DNA of 64,000 nucleotides from Ginglymostoma cirratum. Lineage: Eukaryota. The notes beneath the pieces are model-generated. The model saw only the letters and a program-made list of their open reading frames with translations. It had not been told where the DNA came from and searched no databases. Shown here piece after piece: positions 51,719 to 64,000 of the stretch. Numbering within the stretch: position 1 is the first letter of the stretch; each line of letters begins with the position of its first letter. The position numbers and the translations under genes are program-made. The DNA is taken from assembly GCA_024137785.1 (NCBI GenBank), contig JAHRHZ010000066.1, forward strand, positions 26,405,135-26,469,134, written 5' to 3'.

Positions 51719-52379
51719 GGGTAGGATCAAATATAAGTACTGGCACATCCTGTGCTTTGAATATTATATCTCCAGCTAACCAATACCCCACAGCTGCCAT
51801 TTGCAGACGACATACTGACAAAACAAAAACAATCATATCCTCCCCTTGTGGAGAAAGAAAGCTTCAGTATAACAATAGTTTCTTTACAATTACTTTGAAA
51901 GTACAATAAATACTTCTCATCATAAACGTCTAATAACTAGCTTCTTAAATACTTAACAGACAACCTTTTAAATTATACAATTACATGCATCATATGAGCA
52001 AAACAGTAAAATCATAACGCATGCCAAAGCAAGCATTTAGGACAAGTAGCACTAGAAATATTTACATTTAATAGAATTATCATAACTCAGAATATGCCTT
52101 TTCTCTTAAATCCTCCCTTAAACTTTTGATACAATACCAACAGTTATATTTTTTTAAAAATTATGATCTTTTCATGATGAACCAAATGTAATGAAGACGT
52201 ATTAAGTTTCTTGAGAAAGGTTTTGACCAGCTTGTATTTCCATTTTATACCATGGGTTTTCAACCTTTCTGACTGAATGGCAAAGCATTATTCTGTCCAG
52301 AATGCCCGCTTCACAAGTGGATGCATATTCATTATGCTATGTAAGACAAATGACTTTCACCTAGATTTCTCAGTATTAA

Positions 52380-52690
52380 TATAAAAGATTGCTTTTGTTA
52401 CTACTCCCCTCTGTTAATGGAAGGCTTTCTTTCTTTCGCAAAAGTGAGAATAAACTGACTGAACTGTAGTTGCTGAATTTATTCTTACAACCTATTTTGA
52501 ATAAAAGTGTAGCACTTGCAATCCTTCTGCCTTCTGGCACCAACTCAGTAACTCTGTAATCTCTTTCCTTATTTGCTTTAGTAAGCATTTCCATCCCATT
52601 GGTCTTAATGACTTGTCAACTTTAGTGCAGACAGCTTTTCGAACATCACATATTTAGCGTCTCAACTACTTCATCTGTTAAGATCTCAGT
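52380..52690 (-). mobile_element. CR1 fragment
   Basis: LVPEGRRIASATLLFKIGCKNKFSNYSSVSL. Confidence 0.75.
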
Positions 52691-54959
52691 CAAGACCAAT
52701 AGCGTATGTTTTAAAATAAATCTGTAATCCTATTTATATGCTGAAGGATTGATGCTACAAGATTCCACAGTTTAAAACAAAATACTTTTTGCCATAAAAA
52801 AGTCAAAGAAAGTAAAGACAAAACACAAAATGACCCAACAGCATAGACATCTTTCCGTTAACACCACAAGGGTCTGCAGTCACTTGCTTTCTAGCACAAT
52901 GCTGGATTTAGTCATTTTTCTAACTTTTTACTTTTTATAGAACACGTTCCTTCACAGAACAACACTCATTTGCCTGTATTTTGAAATCCAGGCTCCAAAA
53001 AGGATAACAATATATAAATTAAGCACCTTTTATCACATTTCCCCCAAAAGAAGAATAAAAATGTATACTTAAAGACAATTTTCATTTCCTATAAAAATGT
53101 TAATGTTAACAGTATTCCTGTGTTACGTTAACAGCAATAATATATTTACATTTAGCAAACAATGAGGTTCTTAACAACTATATTTTATATAAGTCCATCT
53201 TAATCACAGTGATGGGTTTTTTTGCATGTGTTCTTGACAAAGCTTCTTCTATAATATCTTTTCCAGACACATGAATAAATTTAAATTGTGGTTGCAGTAT
53301 TAAACGATGAAACAACTGTAAATTCTTGTATCAGGATCTCTCCAAATAATCAAATAGTTGCAGTCCATATTGATAACCTTTTTTCTCCTGTTACCGGATA
53401 TAAAAGTCGAAAAATAATGTAATGCCAACACAAAATGTCCTCTATCATCAAATACTTCCATTGACAGGCATTCTCCAAAAAAAATTACTGACAGGCTATT
53501 TGATCCACATCTCATTATCTTGCAACATAACAGCACCTACACTACTGCAGCTGGCACTAACAGTCAATTTGGACAGAATCTCATAATGATATGCTGCTGA
53601 AACTGTATGGTTGTCGACACAGATTTCAAATTATCAAATGCGCTGTGACATTCTTGTGCCAATTCACATTTCTTGCCTTTTATCAAGAGAGTCATGATAG
53701 TGCTGAAGCTTAGAACAAACTTCTGATAAAATCCACTCGCACCAATATACCACAGAATTTCTTGTTTTGTCTTAAGTACAGGAAATGCAAATTCACCTTT
53801 ATTTTCACTTCCCTGGGTGCTACTTGGACTTGTTCCACTGTGTGGTCCAAATAAATTACTTTTGCTTGGGCAAATTCACTTTTAGTCAGATTTATAACCA
53901 ATTTGGATTTATAATCAAGTTAGCTTTTCGTAATTGATCAAATAGTTTTGGCAAGTAGTGTGAATACTCTTCCCAGAGTTAGCTGAATTCAACAAATGTT
54001 GTTGATGTAGACAGTGTGGTAATGCAGGTCCTTAATGACTTTTTTGGTTAATCGTTGGAAAGTTGCTGGTGCATTTTTCATTCTAAATGTCATGAATTTG
54101 CATTGGCAAGTTTTAAAAGCTGTTATATCTTTGGCTCTATCAATCAATGGAACTTGCGGATATCCTTTTAGCAAATCAGTTTTAGTGACAAATCATGCAA
54201 ATCCAATTCTTTCAATTCAATGCTTCAATGTTTTAATTGGATATGAGTCTACTTTTGTGATCAAATTGACTTTGTAAAAATCAATGTATGTGACATATCA
54301 CATTTCAGCACCATCACAATAGATGAGCTCCTCCGACTGTATCTCAATTCAATAATGTCACTGGTCTTAATGAACTTAATCTCTTTCCTGACTTGAGGTA
54401 ATGTCTCTAGATTGAGTCTGTAAGGATGTTGTTTTATGTTTAACGTGGCATCTATATTAACATGATATAAAACCAAAGATTTTAATCCTGACATATTCCC
54501 ACAGTTCGATATATGAGTCTGTAACAGCCTTTGTAAGTCACTTCAATAATTTTCTGGAAAATAGACTCCTAATAAGTGCCTCCATATTATCCAATCTAAT
54601 CACTGGAGGATCAATTTTTGAACTCTCAGGTTCTAATCCATTCTCTATTTGTTCTGACATTTTTTTTATTTCACACCGTATTTCTCTTGCTAACCTAAAT
54701 ACACCTTCACATGTCTGAATTAACATGACACACTTGCTGTTTTTCCTTCCTGTCTGGAGTACTCACCACATGGTACACATCACTGAGTTTCTTTCTGATG
54801 TGATTTTAATGGCTCCCCAGAAAATGAAACAACACTGACGCCGTGTTTCAGTCTTTGACCATTTTTTATCTGCTCTAGTTTTCATTGTCATTGGGCACTC
54901 TTCAAATGCTTTTGATTAACTCACATACTTTGGATGTATTAGAACCCTCACTGGTTTTT

Positions 54960-55899
54960 GGTTTTTCATTATTTGTATTTAATTCTTTTATCAATTTTTC
55001 ATTTGGAGCTATGAATTGAGAACAGTGAGCTGAAGATAACCTTTGGACTGTGGGCAGCAGCATTCTTTGAAAAATAAGGAAGAGAGAATATACAAACAGT
55101 TGTTTGTGAGTCTAGGCCTAAAAGTAAATTGCAGGTTGGTTTTTCATAAAAAGAATTTACATAGACTCTTTGGTACTGGGGAAAGCAATATGTTTAAACA
55201 GATAGCAGATATTTGGACATTAACAAGGTCAGTACCTGGGAATTGGTAGCAGCAAGTCTGGAAAGGAAGATCATGGTCAAACAAGGAGAGTGCCCTTAGT
55301 TTTGAACTTGCTTTTGGAGAGAAGGAGTTTTGTTATTGATGTTCCAGCATGAAGATTTGAAACCTCCCTGCCTAACCTCCCATTAGTTCAGAGAATAGAA
55401 ACTAAGTTGTAAGGATTACTGACTTCATCAGAATGAACTAGAAAAGGTGGCATTGATCAATGTCTTCAAAAAATCAATGAAGAAACGTTATCTATACCTG
55501 AGGAACAATGCATCCTGAAAACCACCGAAGAAATCTGGCCAGTTTTGTTATTTTCTATTTATCTCTAAACTGTGTTTGTTTGCCTTTTGTGTAAATGAGT
55601 TGAAAGGAAAGCTTATTGAGTTTAAATCATATTCATTAACTAAGTTACTTTGCTGTTTAATTTTGCTGTGGTAAAGCTATTGTATTACTAATAAATTGCT
55701 AGATCTTATGTTTAATCCAATGTCTGGAATTGATTATTCACAGATTCTGGGATTGGTTATTCAAACAGTCTGGTTGGGTAGCATTGGTGTTTGCCTTTGA
55801 AAGTGTTTATTTTAAATCAGAGCCAATATTGTATCTGATAACTAAACACAGAAGTAGAAGGGTTGGTTTGATTCAGCTGTCTGTCTCCATATCGTAACA
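54960..55899 (+). mobile_element. Probable solo LTR inserted in the Gmr1-like integrase
   Basis: Non-coding, aataaa near 55690, ends atcgtaaca at 55899 where integrase similarity resumes. Confidence 0.55.
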
Positions 55900-56189
55900 G
55901 GAATGTTGTTCTAAGCCCTCATTTATAAATATCTCTTTAATCAACTTAAGTGGTCATCTTACCTCATGTCCATATAATCAGCTCAAAAGAACTGAAAGCC
56001 TGAGGAATCTTTAGGACCATCCCTAGTTGCAACACTAACAAAGGGATGTCTTTATTCTAATCATCAGGACATTCCTGACAATAAAATCTAATCATTGTCT
56101 TTCAAGTAAGATGTCATCCTTACAATGCACCTTGAAATTGTGTGTGATAAAAATGTAAATTGATTTATTCCCAACAGTGGCTGCACTAG

Positions 56190-57670
56190 TCATCATCTCC
56201 CAGGATTCTATAGATTCTGCACAGTCCCTGAAGCTTGGAGGGTAGCTAATGTCACTCCATTATTCCAAAAGGGAGGTGGAGAGAAAATTATGTTTTAGAC
56301 CAGTGAGGAATTATAGACCAGTGATCCTAACATCGCCAGTGAGGAAAATTCTGAAATCCATTATCAAGGACTTTGTAGCAGACCATTTAGAGAGCAATGG
56401 CAGGATCAGACAGAGTCAGGATGGATTAATGAAGGAAAGACAATGCTTGACAAATCTGTTGGAATTCTATGAAGATGTAGCTCGTAGAGTCGACAAAGGG
56501 AAGCCAGTTGCTGTGGTGTATTTGGACTTTCAGAAAGCATTTGACAAAGTCCCGCCTAAGAGATTATTGTGCAAGATAAAAGCGCATGGGATTCAGGGAA
56601 ATGTATTGAGATGGATAGAAAACTAGTTGGCAGAGAGGAAACAAAGGGTAGGAATTAATGGGTCCTTTTCAAATTGACAGGTAGTAACTAATGGCGTGCC
56701 ACAGGGATCGGTGCTGGGACCCCAGCTATTCACAATATTTATTAATGATTTGGATGAGGGAACAAGAAGTAACATCTCAAAGTTTGCAGATGATAGCAAG
56801 TTGGGTGGGAGGATGAACTATGATGAGGATGCAGAGATCCTTCAGCATGTCCTAGACAGTTTGGGAGAGTAGGAAAATCAATGGCAGATGCAGTATAATT
56901 TGGATAAATGTGAGGTTATTCACTTTGGAAGCAAAAACAAGAAGGCAGATTACTACCTGAACAGTTGTAAATTGGGTGGGGGGAGTGTGCAGCAGGACCT
57001 GGGTGTCCTTGTACACCAGTCGCTGAAGGTGAGATGCAGGCGCAGCAGGTGGTAAAGAAGGCAAATGGTATGTTGGCCTTCATTGCGAGAAGTTTCGAGT
57101 ACAGGAGCAGGGGTGTGTTGCTACAGTTATACAGAGCCTTGGTGAGGCCGTACCAAGAGTATTGGGTGCAGTTTTGTTCTTCTTTTCTGAGGAAGGATTC
57201 TCCTGCTCTTGAGGAAGTGCAGCGAAGGTTTACCAGGCTGATTACCAGGACTGGTGTATAAGGAGAGAATTTTTAGGTTAGGGTTGTTTTCGTTGGAGTT
57301 TAGATGAATGAGGGGGGATATCATAGAGACTTATAAAATTCTAACAGGACTGGACAGGATAGATGCAGGGAGGATGTTCCCGATGGTGGGTGTGTCCAGA
57401 ACCAGGGGTCCCAGTATGAGGATTTGGCATAGACCATTTAGGACAGAGATGAGGAGACATTTTTTCACCCAAAGAATGAGCCTGTGGAATTCATTACCAC
57501 AGGAAGTAGTTGATGCCAAAATATTGATTGTATTCAAAAGGCGACTAAATAAAGCACTTGGGGCAAATGGGATCAGCTATTGAGTTGGATGATCAGCCAT
57601 GATCATGATGAATGGCAGAGCAGGCTCAAAAGGCCAAATGGCCTCCTTCTGCTCCAAATTCTATGTTTCT
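56190..57670 (+). mobile_element. CR1 LINE RT and 3' end
   Basis: [37 protein letters not shown]; tail ttctatgtttctat. Confidence 0.95.
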
Positions 57671-57699
57671 ATTTCTTTGACTCTTTGTGACGTTAAATT

Positions 57700-58562
57700 C
57701 GGCTGTTGTAGGTTGCAATGGGACATTGACAGGATGCAGAGCTGGGCAAAGACGTGGCAGATGGAATTCAACCCACAAAAGTGTGAAGTGATTCATTTTG
57801 GAAGGTCAAATTTGAATGCAGAATACAGGATTAATGGCAGGATTCTCAGCAATTGTGGAGGAACAGAGGGATCTTGGGGTCCACGTCCATAGATCCCTCA
57901 AATTTGCTACCCAAGTTGATAGGGTTGTAAGGAAGGCGTATGGTGTGTTGGCTTTCATTGGCAGTGGAATTGAGTTTAAGACCTGTGACGTTATGCTGCA
58001 GATCTATAAAACTCTGGTTAGACCACCCCTAGTATATTGCGTTCAGTTCTGGTCACCTCATAATAGGAAAGATGTGGAAGCTATAGAGAGGGTGCAGAGG
58101 AGATTTACCAGGATGCTGCCTGGACTGGAGGGCAGGTCTTATGAGGAAAGGTTGAGGGAGCTAGGGCTTTTTTCATTGGAGCGAAGAAGGGTGAGAGGTG
58201 ACTTGATAGAGGTGTACAAGATGATGAGAGGCATAGATAGAGTGGATAGTCAGAGACTTTTTCCCAGGGTGGAAATGACTATTACAAGGGGTCCTAATTT
58301 TAAGGTGATTGGAGGAAGGTATTGGGGAGATGCAAGAGGTAGGTTCTTCACACAGAGCGTGGTGGGCGTGTGGAATGCGCTGCCGGCAGTGGTAGTGGAG
58401 TCAGCTACTTTAGAGACTTTTAAGCGACTCTTGGATAGGCACTTGGAGGATAGTAAAATATAGGGAATGCTGGGTAGATTGATCTTCGTAGGATAATAGG
58501 TCAGCACAACATCGTGGGCCGAAGGGCCTGTACTGTGTTGTACTGTTCTATGTTCTATGTTC
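57700..58562 (+). mobile_element. Younger 5'-truncated CR1
   Basis: 215-aa ORF 57816-58463 is the CR1 ORF2 C-terminus; (ttctatg)n tail. Confidence 0.95.
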
Positions 58563-59759
58563 ATTTCATTGTCTTTCTTTGGTAATCTATATCTTGTAAA
58601 AAAAATTGAACTAACTTTTCTACCACCATTTTTGCAATAATGTTTCCTAAGGGCACTGCTTTGGGAAATCTTGCTGAAACAAACAGAATTGTTAATAGTC
58701 ACTAATTGCCATTCCTACTTTTAAGTGGGGTACTTACAAAATGGATTAAAACAATGCAAAAGCTTTCATCAAAATCTTTTTTTGGGATTAAAGGTTCAGA
58801 TCTAGTTGAGGTCCAGGGTTTCCCAACAATTGAACACGTATGGCACGTCTGGCAAAATACGACCACACTTTTGTGTAATTCTGGCTAACAAAAATGTTTT
58901 TGTATTTCCCCATGTGTTTTCCAGATAGCTAGTGATCTCTCATTGAAATCTAGTGAGATGCTCATAAAATTTTGTTATGATACTCAGATGAGACTACCAC
59001 TAATGGACTACTGCCCATTCCTCAACAGCTGGTAATTAAAGTCATCTTCATTTCCTCATTGGTGCTTTGTCTTCCAAAAATAATCTCCAGTATTCATTCA
59101 GTTTTAATTTCTGAGTAGGTTGTGTAAATCACTCAATTGAGGATCCACTTGTTGCATTTATATTAAAGAAGGTAGGCTAAACATGTCAGACTCATTCTTC
59201 GCCCTTTTTATTTAAGTTTAAGTCTTTAATTTTTTATAGTATTATTTAAGTTTTAACTTTAAGTTTTCAAAAATTGCATCCCAAAACAGAATTTCCAACT
59301 CATCTTCTTTCTGCATATATATTTTGTTTTCATGTCTAATTCTATGGATCTGAGATCTAGTCACAATGCAGTCATGAAACAATCCAGGATGCTCCTCATG
59401 TAACATCTGTTTCTTTTACATTTACTGCTTATTCTATCCCCTCAAAGTTCAAAACCTATTGGTCCCACAGGTTCTTTACTTTCTCTTGAAAATTCTACAA
59501 ATCTCTGATTAGGTTTCTTTCCTGTGGCCCTAAACTTTAATTGATAAGCTTCAAGGATGAGTTCAAAAGCATTGAGTATTGTTTTTGGAAGTTTCATAGT
59601 TTACAGATAGTTCTTCTGACAAACTGGCATATGTATTCACAACCATGTTGGTCGAAACATTCTGTGATACTAAGGTCCAAACATTTTTTGGCCACTTCCC
59701 GCTGCTAGCTACCTTTTCAACTGAGGTGAAATATCTTTTAACTCCATTCTCTGTAAACT

Positions 59760-62700
59760 GCCTGATGCAAGAGTCAAGGATGTCTCTGAGCAGGCACAGG
59801 GCATTCTGAAAGGTGAAGGTGAACAGTCAGAAGACTAACAATATAAGCAGGAAGAGAGATGAGGTGATGTAAGTGGAATTTAAGGAATTAGGAAGAAAGT
59901 TGGAAAGCAGGATATCTAGGGTTGTAATCTAAGGATTACTCCATGTGCCATGTGTTAGTGAGGCCAGACATAGAAAGATAATACAGTTAAAAGTGTGGCT
60001 AAACATCTGGTGTAGGAGGGAGGCCTTCAGATACCTGCATCATTAGGATCTCTTCCAGGGCAGGAGGGACTGGTACAAGAAGGACAGGTTGCACCTAAAC
60101 TAGAGGGGCATGGATATCCTTGCAACGAGATTTGCTAGTAGCACTCAGGAGAGTACAAACTAGTGTGGTGGTGGGGTGGGAACTACAGCAGTAGGTCAGC
60201 AAGTGGAGTGATTATGGAGAAGGTAGAGGTTAAGTCAAGTAAGTCTAATAGGAAGAACACGCAGAACCAGGTTAATGAACACAGCAGGACTGGCAGTCTG
60301 TGATGTATTTATTTTAATGCAAGGAGTAGAACAGGTAACGCAGATGAGATTAGAGCCTGGATTTGTACATGGAACTATGATGTTGTAGCCATTACAGAAA
60401 CTTTGTTGAGAGAAGGGCAGGACTGGCAGCTCAACTTTCCAGGGTTTAGATGTTTCAGGTGTGAAAGACAGGAATGTAAAAGGGGTATGGACTTCTGTTA
60501 CTGATTAAAGTTACAATCACTATGATGCGATTATACTATAGGTTTCCCAATAGCCAGCAGGAGTTAGAGGAACAGATATGTAGACAGATCATGGAAAGAT
60601 GTAAGAATAACAGGGCTGTTGTAATGGGTGATTTTAACTTCCCTAATATTGACTGGGACTCTCTTTGTGCCAGGAGCTTAGATGGGATAGAATTTGTTTG
60701 CTGCATCCAGAGCGGCTTCGTAAAACAATACGTGAATAGTGATCATACGTTTTAAGATATATATTGGATAAGGATAAGACTGGTCCTTGGGAGAAAGTGC
60801 TAAACTGGGAGAAAGCTCATTACAACAGCAATAGGCAGGCGCTGGAGAAAGTAGATTGGGGCAGCTGTTTATGGGTAAATCTACACTTGATATGTAGAAG
60901 CCTTTAAAAGGCCAATCTATCAGAGTTCAGGATCAGCAATTTGTTTGTGACGATGAAAGATAAGGATGGCAAGATTTGGAAACCCTGGATAACAAAAGCT
61001 ATTATGAAAGTTTAGTCAAAAAGAAAAAAGAAGCAGGTGTGAAGTTTAGGAAACTGAAATCAGATAAGGCTCTTGAGGAATATAAAGGAAGCAGGAAAGA
61101 ACTTAAGGAATTAGAAAGGCTAAAAGGGGCCATGAAATATCCTCAGCAAGTAGAGTCAAGAAGAATCTCAACGCATTTTCTACGTATATTAGGAGCAAGA
61201 GGTTAGCTAGGGAAAAGATAGATCCACTCAAGGACAAAGGGAGAAATTCATGCATGGAGCCAGAGGAATTGGATGAGGTCCTTAATGAATACTTTGCATT
61301 GGTGTTCACCAAGGAGAAGGACATGTCTGATGGTAAGATTAGGGAAAGGTATATTGACATTCCAGAATATGTTAATATTAGTAGAGAGGAGGCATTGGGT
61401 GTTTTGGAAAACAGTAAGTTAGGTAAGTCCCCAGGCCCATGATGGCATCAATCCCAGGATATTGAGGGAGGCAAGCAACGAGATTACTGAGGCCTTGACA
61501 GAGATCTTTGTATCCTCTTTAGCTACAGGTGAGATTCCAGAAGACTAGAGAATAATTTATGTTGCTCCTTTGTTTAAAAGGGGCAACAGGGATAATCCAG
61601 GAAATTACAGGCTAGTGAACCTTATATTAGTGTCAGGGAAATTATTAGAGAAGATTCTTACCGTCAGGATTTACTTGTAGTTGGAAAAGAATATGCCTAT
61701 TAGGGATAGCCAGCATGTCTCTGTGTAGGGAAGATCTTGACTCACAGAAATTGATTCAGTTTTTGAGGACGTGACAAAGATGTTGGAAGAGGGTACTGCA
61801 GTGGATGTAATCTACATGGACTTCACTAAAGCATTTGACAAGGTCTGTTGTGGTAGGTTGACCTGGAAGATTAAGTCATTTGAGATCCATAGTGAGTTGG
61901 TAAGTTGGATCCAAAATTGGTCGTACAAGACAGAGGGTAGTTGTGGATGGATGTTTTTCTGACTGGAGATCTGTGAGCAGTGGTGTTCCACAAGGAGCAG
62001 TGCTTGGACCTCTATTGTTTGCAATATATATAAATGATTTTTTTGAAAATGTAGGTGTCCTTATCATTATGTTTATAGATGACCCAAAAACTGGTGGAGT
62101 TGTGGATAGTGAGGAAGGCTGTCAAAAGACACAGCAGGATATAGATCAGTTGAAATGTTGGAAAGTTGGGCAGAGAAATTGCAGATGGAGTTTAATTCAG
62201 ACAAGTGTGAGGTGTTGTACTTTGGGAGATCAAATATAATGGGAAATTATACAGTAAATGGCAGGACCCTTAGAAGCATTGACATACAGAGGGATCTTGG
62301 GTTGTAAGTCCATAGCAGCCCTGAAAGTGACAACAAAGTGGATAAGGTGGTAAAGGTAGCATTTGACATGCTTGCATTCATTGTTTTGGGCATTGAAGAT
62401 AAATGTTAGCAAGTCATGTTGGAGCTGAATGAAACTTTAGTTAGTCATAATTTGGAGTATTGTGTGCAATTCTGGTCACCACACTATACTGACCAGGATA
62501 TAGCCTAGATTGGAATATATTAGCTATAAGGAAAGGTTGGACAAACTTGGATTATTTTCTATAGAACTTTGGAGGCTGTGTGGCAATTTGATACAAGTAT
62601 ATAAAATCAAAAGAAGCATGGATAGAGTGGGTAGTCAGATCCTTTATCCCCCAGGGTGGAAATATCAAATAGATTTAAGATAAGAGGAGGAAAGTTTAAA

Positions 62701-62945
62701 GGCGATGTGCAAGGCAAGCTTTTACACAAAGAGTGGTTACATGCTGCCAGGGAAGGTGCCAGAGCAGATACAATGGCAACATTTAAGAGGTATTTAGACA
62801 CATGAACAGGCAGGGAATGGATAGAAGTGGACTGGTGCAGACTGATGGCATCAGTTTAGAATGGCATCGTGGTCAGCATGGACATGATGGTTCGAAGGGC
62901 CTGTTCCTGTGCTGTACTTTTCCATGTTCTACATTCTATGTTCTA
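59760..62945 (+). mobile_element. Long CR1 LINE (ORF1 C-terminus, partial endonuclease, RT, tail)
   Basis: Esterase end; IYFNARS, VVAITET, VMGDFNFPNIDW; YMDFTKAFDKV; SGVPQGAVLGP; tail ttctacattctatgttcta. Confidence 0.93.
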
Positions 62946-63840
62946 TTTAAGGACTAAGCAAAGATTTTAGCTAAATCAAGTCCCTCATTGGAAGCAGAAT
63001 CATCGTCTGACTTACTATTTCTTCTTCCTTTTTTTGCTGTAAGCTATTCCCCCGCAAAATCATGTTACCTGATTTCTGTTTCTCCTTAGAGTTCAAGCAT
63101 TTTGTAAATTCCATCTCCCCTTACATTACCCTCTATTACTCTTTATCCTCTCTTTCCAGTTCAAGCTTTCTCTTTTCCAATTCTCTTTTCCTTTCTTTCA
63201 CCTCCCTTTCCATCTCTTTTTTTCTTCTCTTCATCATCTAATTCAAGTCTTCCATTTCTCTTTCTCTGTCTTTGCTCTCCAACTCAAAGTTTTCTAATTT
63301 CCAACTTAAAATTCATTCATTCCAGTTGTACCATCTCAATTTCAGGTTCCTCTCCTTTTAATTCTCTACTGAGGTAACTAGTTCCCCAAACTGGTCCTAA
63401 ACACCTTCTGGGAGAGAAAGAAAACTGAACTCAACCCTGGTATCTTCTGAACAGAACTAAGTTGAAAACAAAGCTAATAGCCTGACGTAATTATTCTAGC
63501 TTTTGTAACCCAACAATATAAACATCTTCTATTCACACCACAGGTGTTGGTAGACCCATTTTGTGATAAATTGATGAATTTGGTCATGTTCTAGAAAGAC
63601 ACTCTTTTTAAAATCTCCTCACAGAAATAACCAATACTGATCTGCCTTTATTTAGAAATGTAAATTTCAAAAATGATATACGTAAATATATATACTACTC
63701 ACATTTGACAGTAAGAGGAAGGTTTGCCCTGTTGGACAGCAAAAATGTGATTTACATGTGGAGGTACAGGATCTGGCTTATATACTAAGTTAGCGTTTTG
63801 CATCTATCTTCAGCAAGAAATTTCATAAGATTAAGTTAGG

Positions 63841-63999
63841 ACTGAAAACAAAAAATACTGGAGGTCACAACGGGTCTGGCAGCATCCATGGAGAGCTGAA
63901 ACTCTGATGAAGAGTCATCTAGACTTGAAACGTTAGCTTGCTTTCTCTCCATGGATGCTGTCTGACCCGCTGTGATCTCTACTATCTTTTATTTTCAGT
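63841..63999 (+). ncRNA. Foldback Penelope-tail element with canonical CUGAUGA hammerhead core
   Basis: CTGATGA 63904-63910, agagtcatctagactt, GAAAC 63927-63931, GTT; imperfect inverted arms 63841-63895 and 63945-63999. Confidence 0.75.
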
Positions 64000-64000
64000 T

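Larger units (their letters stand above)
52700..64000 (-). mobile_element. Gmr1-like Ty3/Gypsy retrotransposon (gag-IN-RT-RH), decayed, with four large nested insertions
   Basis: 5' LTR ends tttatcaca at 63562; coiled-coil gag about 62946-63380; gag KWPKNVWTL..YASLSEE..AFELILEAYQ about 59520-59757; IN FCQTCHTC..RFPKAVPL about 58565-58900; IN core FELIYGHEVR about 55900-56190; IN end STPDRK..CHVN near 54720; RT/RH 54500-53235; PPT then tgtgataaa at 53037. Confidence 0.85.

Noticed and set aside
58619-58672. Short minus-strand exon (tgtttcag ... gttagt)
   Set aside because: Encodes RFPKAVPLGNIIAKMVVEK, part of the Gmr1-like integrase
63100-63330. Pyrimidine-rich low-complexity or triplex-forming tract
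   Set aside because: Antisense of the E/K/R-rich coiled-coil region of gag
1-64000. CRISPR array or prokaryotic operon-type system
   Set aside because: No regularly spaced repeats or dense intact ORFs; the sequence is eukaryotic and transposon-dominated

Overview
Repeat-dense vertebrate genomic DNA. The repeat content (CR1 LINEs, SacSINE1/Deu-like SINEs, Penelope tails) suggests a cartilaginous fish, probably a shark; this is inference. I can support no intact host gene, and the ORF-track entries I could place are mostly decayed transposon fragments. Main contents: many CR1 LINEs (two near full length); Tx1-, RTE- and jockey-group LINE fragments; two decayed LTR retrotransposons, one a Gmr1-like element with integrase upstream of RT, spread over about 52.7-64 kb by nested insertions; a Penelope GIY-YIG remnant; and about 23 short Penelope-tail elements. 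Many of these short elements carry a minimal hammerhead-ribozyme core, several fold back on themselves, and several are flanked by 9-18 bp target-site duplications (TSDs). Also present: two large inverted duplications (33.2-33.8 kb and 35.8-36.7 kb), two CpG-retaining promoter-like regions (about 1.9-4.3 kb and 9.3-11.2 kb), and a weak GPCR-like reading frame running off the left edge. Boundaries of decayed repeats were read by eye and are approximate.
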